A stretch of DNA of 63,825 nucleotides, filler included, from Folioceros fuciformis (taxonomy: Eukaryota): assembly GCA_049999805.1 (NCBI GenBank). It is 31 parts of 31 records of this genome, joined end to end, with 100 filler letters (N's around TTAATTAATTAA, not from the genome) between each part and the next. Parts side by side here need not be neighbours in the genome. Positions count along the whole stretch, not along the records: positions 24,055 to 25,963 come from JBNGIO010002432.1; positions 26,064 to 27,388 come from JBNGIO010002433.1; positions 27,489 to 28,604 come from JBNGIO010002434.1; positions 28,705 to 30,255 come from JBNGIO010002435.1; positions 30,356 to 31,543 come from JBNGIO010002436.1; positions 31,644 to 34,788 come from JBNGIO010002437.1; positions 34,889 to 36,190 come from JBNGIO010002438.1; positions 36,291 to 39,665 come from JBNGIO010002439.1; 23 more parts are not named here. The stretch is one strand, 5' to 3'. Each line of letters begins with the position of its first letter. The first letter of the stretch is position 1. A program made the position numbers and the translations under genes. Positions 25,757-36,816 of this stretch are shown here, piece by piece. Below the pieces are notes generated by a model. It worked only from the letters and a program-made list of their open reading frames with translations, was not told the origin of the DNA and ran no database searches.

Positions 25757-25963
25757 TCGTAGGTAGGGTCCTTGTTGCTGCCTTCGTAGGTAGGTTCCCT
25801 ACCCCTCGTCTCGTAGGTAGGTTCCCTACCCCTCGTCTCGTAGGTAGGTTCCCTATCCCTCGCCTCGTAGGTAGGTTCCCTACCCCTCGTCTCGTAGGTT
25901 CCCTACCCCTCTTCATGTAGGTAGGTTCCCTACCCCTCGTCTCGTAGGTTCCCTACCCCTCTT
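25757..25963. repeat. 27-bp tandem minisatellite
   Basis: The unit gtaggtaggttccctacccctcgtctc and shortened variants run to the contig end. Confidence 0.9.
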
Positions 25964-26063
25964 NNNNNNNNNNNNNNNNNNNNNNNNNNNNNNNNNNNNN
26001 NNNNNNNTTAATTAATTAANNNNNNNNNNNNNNNNNNNNNNNNNNNNNNNNNNNNNNNNNNNN

Positions 26064-27388
26064 GCTGCCATCACCTGATCCTGTGGCTCCTCGGGTCTTG
26101 TCTCACCCTGACCTTGCTCCTCCAGCCTTTGGTCCTTGATTCCCTGGACAGCTGGTTCTTGTTTTGCCTCCTGCTGACTTGTCTGCTCCAGGGTGGTCCC
26201 CCCTTCCTCCTGATCAGCCCCCATGCTCACACTTTGTCCTCTGGTCCTTTTCCTCCTGGCAGGAGTTTTCTTTTGTGGCACCATCCTCTTCCTGGGCTTG
26301 ACGGGGGTTTCCTCCTGCGAGCTATTCCCACTGTCAGCTTCCCAACTGCTAGAGGCAGCCCTTGCTGGCTCAGCGGGCTTCCACTTCACATCGCGAACTA
26401 GCTTCCACAGGTGCAGCGAGGCCAGCCTTTCTAGCTCAGTGACCAGGTTAGCGTAACTGTACACATGGATTAGAAACGGGGAAATCATAGAAGGTTCAGG
26501 GGTGGGTCGGATCAGGTTCTGCCTCTCCTCATCCATCCAGGTGTATAAAATCCTCCCCCAGTCGATCCTGGTGCCCTTCACTACTTCATGCACAAACAGG
26601 AGCATATGATCAGACAGATAATCCTGTTTGCGTACCTGGAAGAAGCTCAGGAACCACCTGGCCAATCGCAACAGCTGGGGACTTGCCATGTCGCGCACCA
26701 GCCACCCGTTCGCTTCCTTTCTCGTGCCTGCCTTGAGCAGCGTTTCCCCGGCTCCCGTTCCGCCACGCCTCTTCAAGGACTCCAGCACTAGTCCCCCTTC
26801 CTCCTGTTGGTCGCGCCCGTAGACCCTCCTTATCAACTCCAGGTTCCATTCCTGGGGTCTGCCTCTGATCCCCTCCTCGCGTACAGGCTCTATTAGCCTC
26901 AGGGCGCACTCCTTGACCAGCTGGGGTGCTGCATGGTTCCACTTCTGGGTCATAAAAGTCAGACCTAGCTTTGCCACCAACTTTCCTGCCCTAACCCTCC
27001 AGTGCTCCATATTTGGCCACAGGAGTAGGTCGATTCGAGGGACAGGAGGTCCCCCCTCCTGTCTAGAGGCTGCTGCTCCAGGGATCAGTTCAGGCCGCGA
27101 CCTCATCCTGGCTGTCCTCCTCCCCTCACGCTCGGGCTCGGAACTCTTCTGTCCTGGTCACGCTCTTGCTCTTCCTCTGTTCGCCCAGCTCTCTCCACCG
27201 CTCGCGCCTTGGAGGTCTCCCACTCCCCTGTGCCTGCTCAATCCTCACGCCCTACGCCGTCTGCCTCGTCGTCCTGGCGCTTTCTCCTCCTTCAGCCGCT
27301 TCACGCTTCAAGTTACTCCCGCTCCCCGCGCTTTCGGATGGTGGACAAAGCTCCCCTTTCTCTAGGGTTTTTATGCCCTGCCTGCTTT
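26064..27388 (-). mobile_element. ORF-X repeat family; uninterrupted N-terminal ORF (27106 to contig end, ~347 aa)
   Basis: The frame MRSRPELIPG...IDWGRILY...SPFLIHVY...KPRKRMVPQKKTPARRKR is open with no stop before the gap. Confidence 0.9.
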
Positions 27389-27719
27389 NNNNNNNNNNNN
27401 NNNNNNNNNNNNNNNNNNNNNNNNNNNNNNNNTTAATTAATTAANNNNNNNNNNNNNNNNNNNNNNNNNNNNNNNNNNNNNNNNNNNNATTCTACAGGTT
27501 ACCCTCACAACTTCTTCCGAATCGTATGTCCACAACTTGGGCCTCTGTCGCTCATAACAGGAATGTCCTCCTACGTCTGATCGAGATCCTGACTCCCTCA
27601 GTCGGGGTCAATACGGGGCCCACACTCTCGCTCCCGGCGTCTGCGATTTCTTCACTTTCCGGCGCTCGTCAATCGGGTCCTCGCTTCACTGGCATGCTCG
27701 TTTCGCGCGTAACGGGCAC

Positions 27720-27863
27720 CCACGTGGTGCCCAATGGCGCCTAGGTGGCGCCCAGGTGGCGCCTAGGTGGAGCCCAAGTGGCGCCGAGGTGGTGCCCAAG
27801 TGGCTCTCACATGGCGCCTAGGTGGCGCCTACATGGCGTCGAGGTGGCGCCTGCGTGGCGCCC
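27720..27863. repeat. 11-bp tandem array (tggcgcctagg) in an LTR-element leader
   Basis: About 13 degenerate units, each built on the palindrome GGCGCC. Confidence 0.85.
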
Positions 27864-27908
27864 CTCCCCCTACTAGATGGCCATCTTCATGGTCTTGCTC
27901 CACAACCT

Positions 27909-28247
27909 GCTCTGATACCATTTGTAGGATCACTAGAGGAGCATGGTGGAGGAGAGGAGAAGAGGAGGCAGAGGAGAGGAGAAAAAGAGGTCACATTGAG
28001 AGTAGTTGGCAAGGGAGCTCAAGGGGGTATTTATACCCTCTAGAAGAGCTCCCTAGGAAGCTTCACAAGAAGCTCACAGGAAGCTGCGCAAGAAGCTCCC
28101 TACAGATTAGCTTAAGCTAATCTAAACTAATGATACTTAACTAGACACTAATCTTAGACTAAACACATTAGTCTAAGCACATTAACTAGACACTAATCTT
28201 AGACTAAACACATTAGCCTAAGCACATTGGGCTTTAATAACCCTACA
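27909..28247 (-). mobile_element. 325-bp 5' LTR (TGTAGG...CCTACA) plus tRNA-iMet PBS
   Basis: The PBS reverse complement gctctgatacca lies at 27909-27920. The LTR spans 27923-28247 with 6-bp terminal inverted repeats. Further copies occur at 30116-30255 and 45446-45610, and a related one at 36291-36420. Confidence 0.85.
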
Positions 28248-28704
28248 GGAGGTCCGCGCCATAGTTGATAGAAGGAAACCCCAAGAATGTCGGTTGCCCT
28301 CCTTTACGCAAGGTTATACCCCTACCTCCGTAGGCAATTGCTCCCAGCTTCTGTGCAGCGGATTTCACGTCCCTTGCACGTTTCTCTCTATGGCTCTCAC
28401 CACAGCAAAGCCCTTTCTCTCTTTGAGTCCGCTTGGTCACAACAAGTAGGTCCCCGGCGTAGGTGTCTTGTCGCACAACTACTTCCTTATTCCCCGCTAT
28501 GTAGGTAGATGTAGTTCCCTACGTGGAGGTGAGCACCCTTTGTTGATGGGACACCTAAGGTAGGGACCCCTTTAAATACCCTCTTGTCGTAGGTATACTT
28601 CTATNNNNNNNNNNNNNNNNNNNNNNNNNNNNNNNNNNNNNNNNNNNNTTAATTAATTAANNNNNNNNNNNNNNNNNNNNNNNNNNNNNNNNNNNNNNNN
28701 NNNN

Positions 28705-30115
28705 CATATACATATCCCCGTATTTCTTTTCTTTTTATTTTCCTAATTTCCCCTTTTCTATTTTCATCCCTATTTTTCTGGATTTAATTCCAGAAATTCC
28801 AATTCAACTCTGTTTCACCTGCTTTCTTTTCCTCCTAGTTCGGGGCCTATTCCAGCACCCAAGGGTTAGTCTTCCATGGCCGAGGAACCATTTCGGCTGA
28901 AAGCTGATTCCGCTGAATAAGCTACCGTTTTTAGGCCAGGTTTCGGCTGCTGATCCCACTCCTTCCCACCTCTTCTCTATCTTTCCCATTGCTCATGCTC
29001 CTCCCGTGGAGGTTGGCTCAGCCACCAAGGGTGAACAGTTTTAGGGGAAGACTTAGCAGGCGGCTATCCAGCAAAGAAGAGGCAGCGTCTGCAGATCTTT
29101 GAAGATCAGACATCCTCCGAAGTCTCAGGATAGTCTAAGAGGTGGTAGATCCTTGTGGTGGTAGGGCCAGCTCATTGGTGGCAGGATGTGCTAGAAGTCT
29201 AAATAAGTGGCTAGTGACAGCTGGCTAGACTAGTGGTCCTATTAAAATAATATTTGTCAAGTTAGAGAGGTGAAGTCAGAGAGAGAGAGGCTCCTATAAG
29301 ATCAGGTGAGCCTGTAGGAGGAAGTAGTTATTCACTTTGGGAGTTAGTCTGTCACTTCGTGAGCTCTTGGAGGTACTCTCTACATGAGCTCTTGTGGTCT
29401 GTCCCTGCTTGGTTTAGGACCTGTAGTGTGTTGCCGGCTGTGCAACGTTTGGTAGAATCGCAAGCCACGTGTTGCCGGTTGTCCAGTGTTTGGTAGGATC
29501 ACAAGATGTAATGACCAGGGCGAAGGGGCTTGCCCCTAGCTCTTGATTGTAAAGGATGTATCTTTCTCTCGACCTGTCCACTCTTGTTCCTTGTTTGGAC
29601 AAGTGCTATAGGCCGGCCATGTTTCATGGCATCTGGTAAGGTTGTGGGGAGGAGATATCCGAGAGGGGAGTGTGTTCCCTTCTTTCTTTTCTTTGGGGTT
29701 AGTCCAGTGACTCTTGCCGAGTAGGAGGAGTTAGTAGGGAAGTGTAGAAGGTAGTGGTGTCGTTGTTGGTTGCTGGTGTTGGTGTTGGAGCGAGAGAGTG
29801 AGTGAGTGAGTGAGTGAGGGAAGTCGCAGATCTAAGAGGTCAAGGTCGTTGTAGTGACTAGAGTGAGTTTGTGGGCACCAAGAGAGGTGCAGCTGACTGC
29901 TGGACAGCGAGGCCTGTCCTACACCTGATCGGAGCTGGAGGGGAGCCCTCAAATCCATCATCGAGTCGATTGAGTCCGACCCTTCATCCACAGCAGCAAG
30001 GAACCCCATCGCTCCTTCGTGGGAACGGAACCCAATGTCTTAACGACAGTGGGATAAGTGTGGCCACTAAAGGTGGAACCCGTCGGCAATCAGTGCCCGG
30101 GGTTTTGCCTCCACA
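28705..30115. mobile_element. Long-LTR fragment ending ...GGTTTTGCCTCCACA
   Basis: The same terminus occurs at 22265 and inverted at 31501 and 55861, each with different flanks. Confidence 0.75.
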
Positions 30116-30355
30116 CTAGTTAAGTATCATTAGTTTAGATTAGCTTAAGCTAATCTGTAGGAAGCTTCTTGCACAGCTTCCTATGCGCTTCTTGTGAAGC
30201 TTCCTAGGGAGCTCTTCTAGAGGGTATAAATACCCCCTTGAGCTCCCTTGCTATTNNNNNNNNNNNNNNNNNNNNNNNNNNNNNNNNNNNNNNNNNNNNT
30301 TAATTAATTAANNNNNNNNNNNNNNNNNNNNNNNNNNNNNNNNNNNNNNNNNNNN

Positions 30356-31500
30356 CTGTATACATTCTGCCCGTCTTAACAGTCGTCAAATCACTTCCAC
30401 TCCGCTTCACTTCCTGCTTCCACTCCTTCTGGCTTCCTTTTCGCATTCGCTCTTACCCACTACTCGGCCACTCGCTCCTCCTCCTTCTCACACACGCGCA
30501 CCCTCGCGCTCCCTCTTTCTCCGGTTCTTTCGTCTTCTTTCTCAGCAATGCCCCTCCTGGGCTCCTATGAACGTTGAGGAATGGTGAGGTACCGGAGCTA
30601 AGGGAAGAGGAATCCCTTCCACTCCGAACTCGCGGATTCGGCTCCGTCACCCACACCAACCACGTGACCACTTTGAGGATAGCTGGGGAGTTTCTCTCCC
30701 ACTCGGCGAGGCACCTCCTCCTGATTCGTCCCCGGACCAGATCACGGAGCGCCCACCACCTACACCCGCACCCTAGGTTGCTACGTGCGCTCGCTTGCCT
30801 AGACCTCCCGTCCAGCAACGGCCATCGCTAGGTCCCTGCAGGGTCGACTATCCGGCTGGTTCTTGCTTCTTTCTTAGGCCTTCAAACCGGCCTCTTGTAC
30901 ACGGTGATGGCGGTTTTCCCGCCATAAACTCTGTCAGGCAGGGGAGCTGCGCTCTTAAATTTTGAGCGACTTGGGTCCAAATAAAACACACTAAAAAAAA
31001 AACTAATCTAGCCTGCATTTACTATCACCCTGTCCCACGCCGCTGACGGCTTCCTCCTAGCCTTCACACGCCACCCCTCGCTGCTCCTCCTCTCGCTCTT
31101 CTTCCTCTCCATTGGTCCGGCAGATCCTCCCACAGGATCTCCACATCACTGCTGCTACTGCTGGGCCTGGTTGGTGGCGCAGGTGGGTCCCACCACTGTG
31201 GTCCACCACCCCTCCTTCTTCTCTAGTTGCTGAGGACAGCCACAGGCTCCCGCTCTACCCAGCGCTGGGCCTCCTCTTTCGTCAATTCCTCCAGAACTGC
31301 CTCCGCATAGCAGTGGGGCAGGACTGTCACCCACCATCTGTAGTGGTAGAGTCCCAGGCGCGTCCTCAGTTGTAGGACGTAGCCCCGCGTCCCTCCTGTG
31401 CCCGTATGTACATACAGAAACAGCTTCAGAACTCTGGCCCCTTCTACATACAAGCCTGGCACATAGGAGGCCTCCTCCTCATACTGCAGCACAATCCGAC
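30356..31500 (-). mobile_element. ORF-X family, C-terminal domain plus 3' non-coding region
   Basis: Reads RIVLQYEEEASYVPGLYVEGARVLKLF and is cut by an LTR terminus at 31501. Confidence 0.85.
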
Positions 31501-31857
31501 TGTGGAGGCAAAACCCCGGGCACTGATTGCCGACGGGTTCCACNNNNNNNNNNNNNNNNNNNNNNNNNNNNNNNNNNNNNNNNNNNNTTAATTAATTAAN
31601 NNNNNNNNNNNNNNNNNNNNNNNNNNNNNNNNNNNNNNNNNNNGGCCAGTATAAAACCCTAGGGAGATGGGGGACTTAGTCGGTATTCGAGCACGAGCGT
31701 GACTGCGAGTCGGGGAGCGGGAGCGGAAGTAGCAGTGGAGCGCAACCTCTACGAGGAGCAGGCGCAGCTGCAGCGGAACGGAGCGGAAGGAGGACGACGG
31801 GCGATCCACGGGTGCAAGAGAGCAGCGGCAGTTACAACGAGTAGGTGATCAGGCAGG

Positions 31858-34295
31858 ATGAGGACTATCATGGCACCACTGCCAGGACTAGCTGCGACTA
31901 GAGAGGAGGAGGGACCTCCTATCCTGAGGATCGACATGGCCTACTGGCCAAATATGGAACACTGGAGGGTCAGAGCCGGAGGGCTGGCCGAAGAGCTAGG
32001 CCTCGGGTTCATGACCCAGAGGTGGAATCATGTTGCGCCGCGGTTGGTTAGGGAGTGCGCCCTGAGATTGAGGGTGCCAGTCCGCGAGGAAGGGATTAGA
32101 GGCAGACCCCAGGACTAGAACCTGGAGCTAATCAGGTGTGTGTATGGGCGCGACCAGGGGGAAGAAGGAGGACTCATGCTGGAGTCCATGAAGAAGCGCA
32201 GCACTGCAGCAGCTATTGTGGCATTGTTCAAGACAGGAACGAGTCGAGAGGCCAACGAATGGCTAATCCGCGACATGGCCAACCCTCAACTGATGGGTCT
32301 GGTGAGATGAATTTTGAGCTTCCTGCAGGTTTGCAAGCAAGACTACCTCTCCGACCAAATGCTTCTGTTTGTGCACGAGGTCGTGAAGGGTAGTAAGGTG
32401 GATTGGGGAAAAATTTTGTATGAGAGGATGGACGAGGAGAGGCTGAATCTGACCCTACCTTCTCCTCGACCTTCGATGATTTCCCCATTCCTCATGCATA
32501 TTTATTGCAATGCTAACCTTCTGCCTGAACTTGAGGTAGTTGCCTCTTTGCACATGTGGAGGCCGCTGAGGGAGGTTAAGTGGAAACTCGCAGAGCCAGA
32601 GGGAGCCGCCTCCAGCAGCTGGGAGTCGAGAGGCGCGGACAGTTCAAAAGAGGAGACCCACACCAAGCAGAAGAGGAAGGCGGGGACAGGGAAGAGGACT
32701 CCTGCCAAAAGGAGACGGATTAGCGGACAGGTCACCAGGAGGGGAAGTGGGTCAGCACCATAGGAAGCAACCCCGGAACAGGCTAAACAGGAACAGGAGG
32801 TTGTCCAGGAGCCGGCAGAGTAGGGTCAGGCCGAGGAAGAGCTGGAGGCACCTCAAGAGCAGGTGCCAGAAATGGAGGTGGCCCCACCTGAGGTGATGAG
32901 CGAATTAGGGCACGCTCCGGAACAGGAACCCTTTCAGGGATGGGAAGAAGTTTTTAAAAGGATTCCTCTGATGGATAGGCTGCAGGCAGGGAACCTGGAG
33001 AGGTTGAAGGAGTTGCTGGGAGGCAGATCACGAATAGGGGAATGGCCCCTGTGGAGTCACAAGAGGTGGATTTGCCGGGACTGACCACATTAATGGTACA
33101 GGCTCAAGCGGATCTGCTGGACCAGGTGGCTAGGGCGCTGACCTGGCTGAGTTTTTTTTTTTTTTTTGAGGCTGAGGCCCGAAGCAAGGAGGCGGAAGCG
33201 CGAGGGAAGGAAGCCGAAGCCTGGAGGCAGTTGGCGGAGTCCGAGATGGCACGGCGACTCCTGGAAGAGAGGCAGCAGGTCCTGAAGCGAGGGCAAGGCG
33301 CAAGTGGAGGAAGAGGCACACCAGGCAAGGGCAGAAATTCAAGTGCTGAAGGAGCAGCAGGAGTCGCTCCTAGCTCAGCTGAGGGAAGCCCATGGAACTA
33401 ACTTGGAGATGCAACAGGAGGTAGCCAAGGCACAGGAGCAGAAAGCGGCCTTGGTGGAGCAGGCCTAGAAGCTGGCTGACAGGTACAAGTGAGAACGGGA
33501 CGAGGCCAAATAATGGGTGAAGGGGAAGGGCAAGACTCGACGAGGTAGCCGAGCGAGAACGGAGGTAGTCGAAGAGACTACCGGTAGAGGAGAGACAACG
33601 CCGGTAGCGGAAGCCCCGACCCCTATAGCCGAAGAGGTGGTAGTGGAGGCGCCTGCGACTAGACGTTCTGGAAGGGCAATTCGCGCCAGAAGGACTGAGT
33701 AGGGAGGAGCAGTAGCTGGGGGAATGGAGAAACCTCCAGCACTCCAGGAGAACAGAGGGCAGACAGCCCGAGGTAGCCCAAGGGAGGAAGGGGTAAGCAC
33801 TTCCTTTGCAACAGAGGGTCGGGTTGTGCTGCAGTATGAGGAGGAGGCCTCTTATGCACTAGGCCTCTATGTGGAAGGAGCCCGAGTATTGAAAGTGTTT
33901 TTATATGTGCGTATGGGCTTAGGAGGGATGTGGGGCTACGTCCTGCAAATGAGGATCCGCAGGGGGTCTTACTACTACCGCTGGCGGGTGTGGGGACTGC
34001 CTCACTGCTATTCCGAAGCAATCCTGGAGGAGCTGACAGATGAGGAGGAGCAGCATTGGGTAGAGTGGGAACCCGTCCTCATCTCCAGCAATCGGCGACG
34101 GAGGGAGGAGAGGAGTTCCCCGCGACGGGACCCACCTCCGCCGCTGCAGCGAGGTCCAACAGCAGCAGCAGTGAGGTGGAGGTTCTTTGGGAGGATCTGC
34201 CCGACCAACAGCGGGGTAGAAGGGCCAGAGGCGGGCCAGTGAGGGCACGAGCGCGACGGTTAGGAGGAAGGCGACCGCGGCGAGGAGAGAGGTGA
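31858..34295 (+). pseudogene. Full-length ORF-X copy (~800 codons) with stops and frameshifts
   Basis: All ORF-X domains are colinear. Preceded by TATAAAACCCTAGGG at ~31650. Confidence 0.8.
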
Positions 34296-36816
34296 TAGTA
34301 AATGCATCCTAGGCTAGGTTTTTTTTAGGTTGATTTTGCTTGGATGTAAGCCGCTCAGAAATTAAGAGCGCTGACTGACCCATGACAAACTTTATGGCAG
34401 AAGGGACCGCCACTATCGTGTACAAGAGGCCGGTTTGGTGCCTCAGAAAATTAGCAAAAACCAGCCCGACATTCCAATGTTGTAGAAGCCTAGCGATGGC
34501 TGTTGTTGGGCAGGGAGGTTCAAGCAAGCGAGTGCACGTAGCGTTCTAAGGGTGTGGCGTGCATGTGGTGGTTGCTCCATGACTGAGGTTTCGAGGACAA
34601 ATCGGGAGGAGGAGCCTCGCTGAGTGGGAGTTGCGCTCCCTAGCTATCCCCGTGACTGTCACGCAAAGTGGTGAGAGTGTTGGAGGCTGAATCGGTGAGT
34701 TTGGAGTGGAAGAGGGTAACCCTTCCCTTAGCCTCTAGTGATTCCTGTTGAGATGTCACCCCCGCCATGCTCAAAGGAGGTTAAAACANNNNNNNNNNNN
34801 NNNNNNNNNNNNNNNNNNNNNNNNNNNNNNNNTTAATTAATTAANNNNNNNNNNNNNNNNNNNNNNNNNNNNNNNNNNNNNNNNNNNNACTCCGCGCGCT
34901 TCTGGCACATCACCCTGTAACAGTCCTCTCTACTCTCCAACCTTGCGCACGCCCTCCTTATCGTTTCTTGGCAGCTCTGTGACCTTTTCGACCTCTTGGA
35001 CTGCAGGCGGAGTGCTTCTTGCAGACTTCATATTACAGGTTGGGAGTGTGACTTCGAAGAAGTCACACTCCCAAGCTTTTCTAAAGCACCTCAAACTTCA
35101 ACAAGGCTATATGTCCTTCATATAATCGAACATTCTTTTGATAGTAACAAGTTTTAAGATATCGATCTGATGATGCTCTGTGCTACGCCATTGCAACGCT
35201 TTCCTGTTCACTAACGTGTACAAACGCTGATTGACAACACAGAACCTTTGATTCAATTGTTCAATTCGCTACAAGCTTCTAAGTTCTATCACACATTGAA
35301 AATCACTCAGTGCGCCACCGCTCATCAAGCTTTCTAAGCGAACTATCAAAAGAATGTTCGATCATTCTTCCTTTGTCCCTATATGCCTAAAACATACCGT
35401 TACTAACCACCTGAATGGTCATTGTTAAACCATTATCAACTGTCTACAAAGTTATCCATCAAAAACCCTACTCTTCAACCGTTCCTTCGCGAGAACTTTT
35501 GCCTTCTAACTGTCTCTTTAGTCAAAACGTAAGGGATTTACCCTCTATACCAGCGTGTTCGTCTCAAGCAAACAGCCTTTGCATTTGCGACCTGCACAGA
35601 AAGTTCTCACAGATGCAAAACTCTAATAGACTTTCTAAGTCATGACACCTGATTACCGTTGCCAAGGTATAAATTTTGTGTTTGAGCCAGCTGATGCAGG
35701 TTGTGAGAAATCAAGAGGAACAGACTGACAGAGTTCGTGAAACTTTACTTGGGAGTTGATAGGGCAGCCTATTGCTTTGAACTTGAAGTGGGCCAGCTGT
35801 ATATGTACTAGGTAGTCGTGTTCCCTAAGTGTGGTACTGTTGAGTGTAACTTCGTTGTGAGGTGGCTAACCCAAGATTATGACCTTGTCCAGTCATTATG
35901 ATACTTAACCTAGCAGCCTACTCCACTTTGTTGGGGCTACCACAGCCTTCGGAGACGGCAAGTGGTGAAGAAATGTTTGAAAAAGGAGAGGAAGCGTGAA
36001 TTCAGCTGAGGTGGCTAGCAGCTGCTCCAGTACGTAGTGTTAGAAGCCCGTAGGGTTTAAGCAACACATCTAGTTTGTATTCGAGGTATATTATAGGTTG
36101 TCTCGAGATGAATTATCTTTCCAACGAATAGGCCTAAGTTTATATAAGTGTGTAAGGACTACCTGCTATGAATGAACATGTCCAAGGACTNNNNNNNNNN
36201 NNNNNNNNNNNNNNNNNNNNNNNNNNNNNNNNNNTTAATTAATTAANNNNNNNNNNNNNNNNNNNNNNNNNNNNNNNNNNNNNNNNNNNNGGTATAAATA
36301 CCCCCTTGAGCTCCCTTGTATTGTGTGACTCTATTGTGAGGGTGTGACCTATGTTTCTCCTCCTCCTTGCCTCCTCCTCCCTTCTCCTTCACCATGTAGC
36401 TCCTTGATCATTCCTTTAAGGTGTCTATATATGTACCCCCACCTGGAAAATAAGAAATAGGAAATGGGGTAGGGGCTTAGGTAGTTGTGGAATTAGGCAA
36501 AAAATCGGAGGGTGATGACTGGGAGACGATAGCCAGTTGGGCGACCGTCGTGGAATGGAAACCGGCGGTAGCCCAACCGGTGGTAGTGGAACGGGAACGG
36601 CAGCATAAAACCCCAGGGTGACTCAAGGGAGGACCTGGGTAGTAATCGAGGCAGAAAATTTTGCAAGTTGGAGCAGGAGCGGGAGTACCCGCGAAGCGCG
36701 ACGACGGCCGGAGGGGAGTAGAAGCTTAGGCAGCACAGCAGAGCGAGCGGAGAGCACCGGCGACCACATGTGCAGGAGGGCAGCCGGGTATGGATTACGA
36801 GGAGGAATCAGGCAGG

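Noticed and set aside
34889-36190. Possible gene or ncRNA
   Set aside because: No recognisable ORF, RNA structure or termini.
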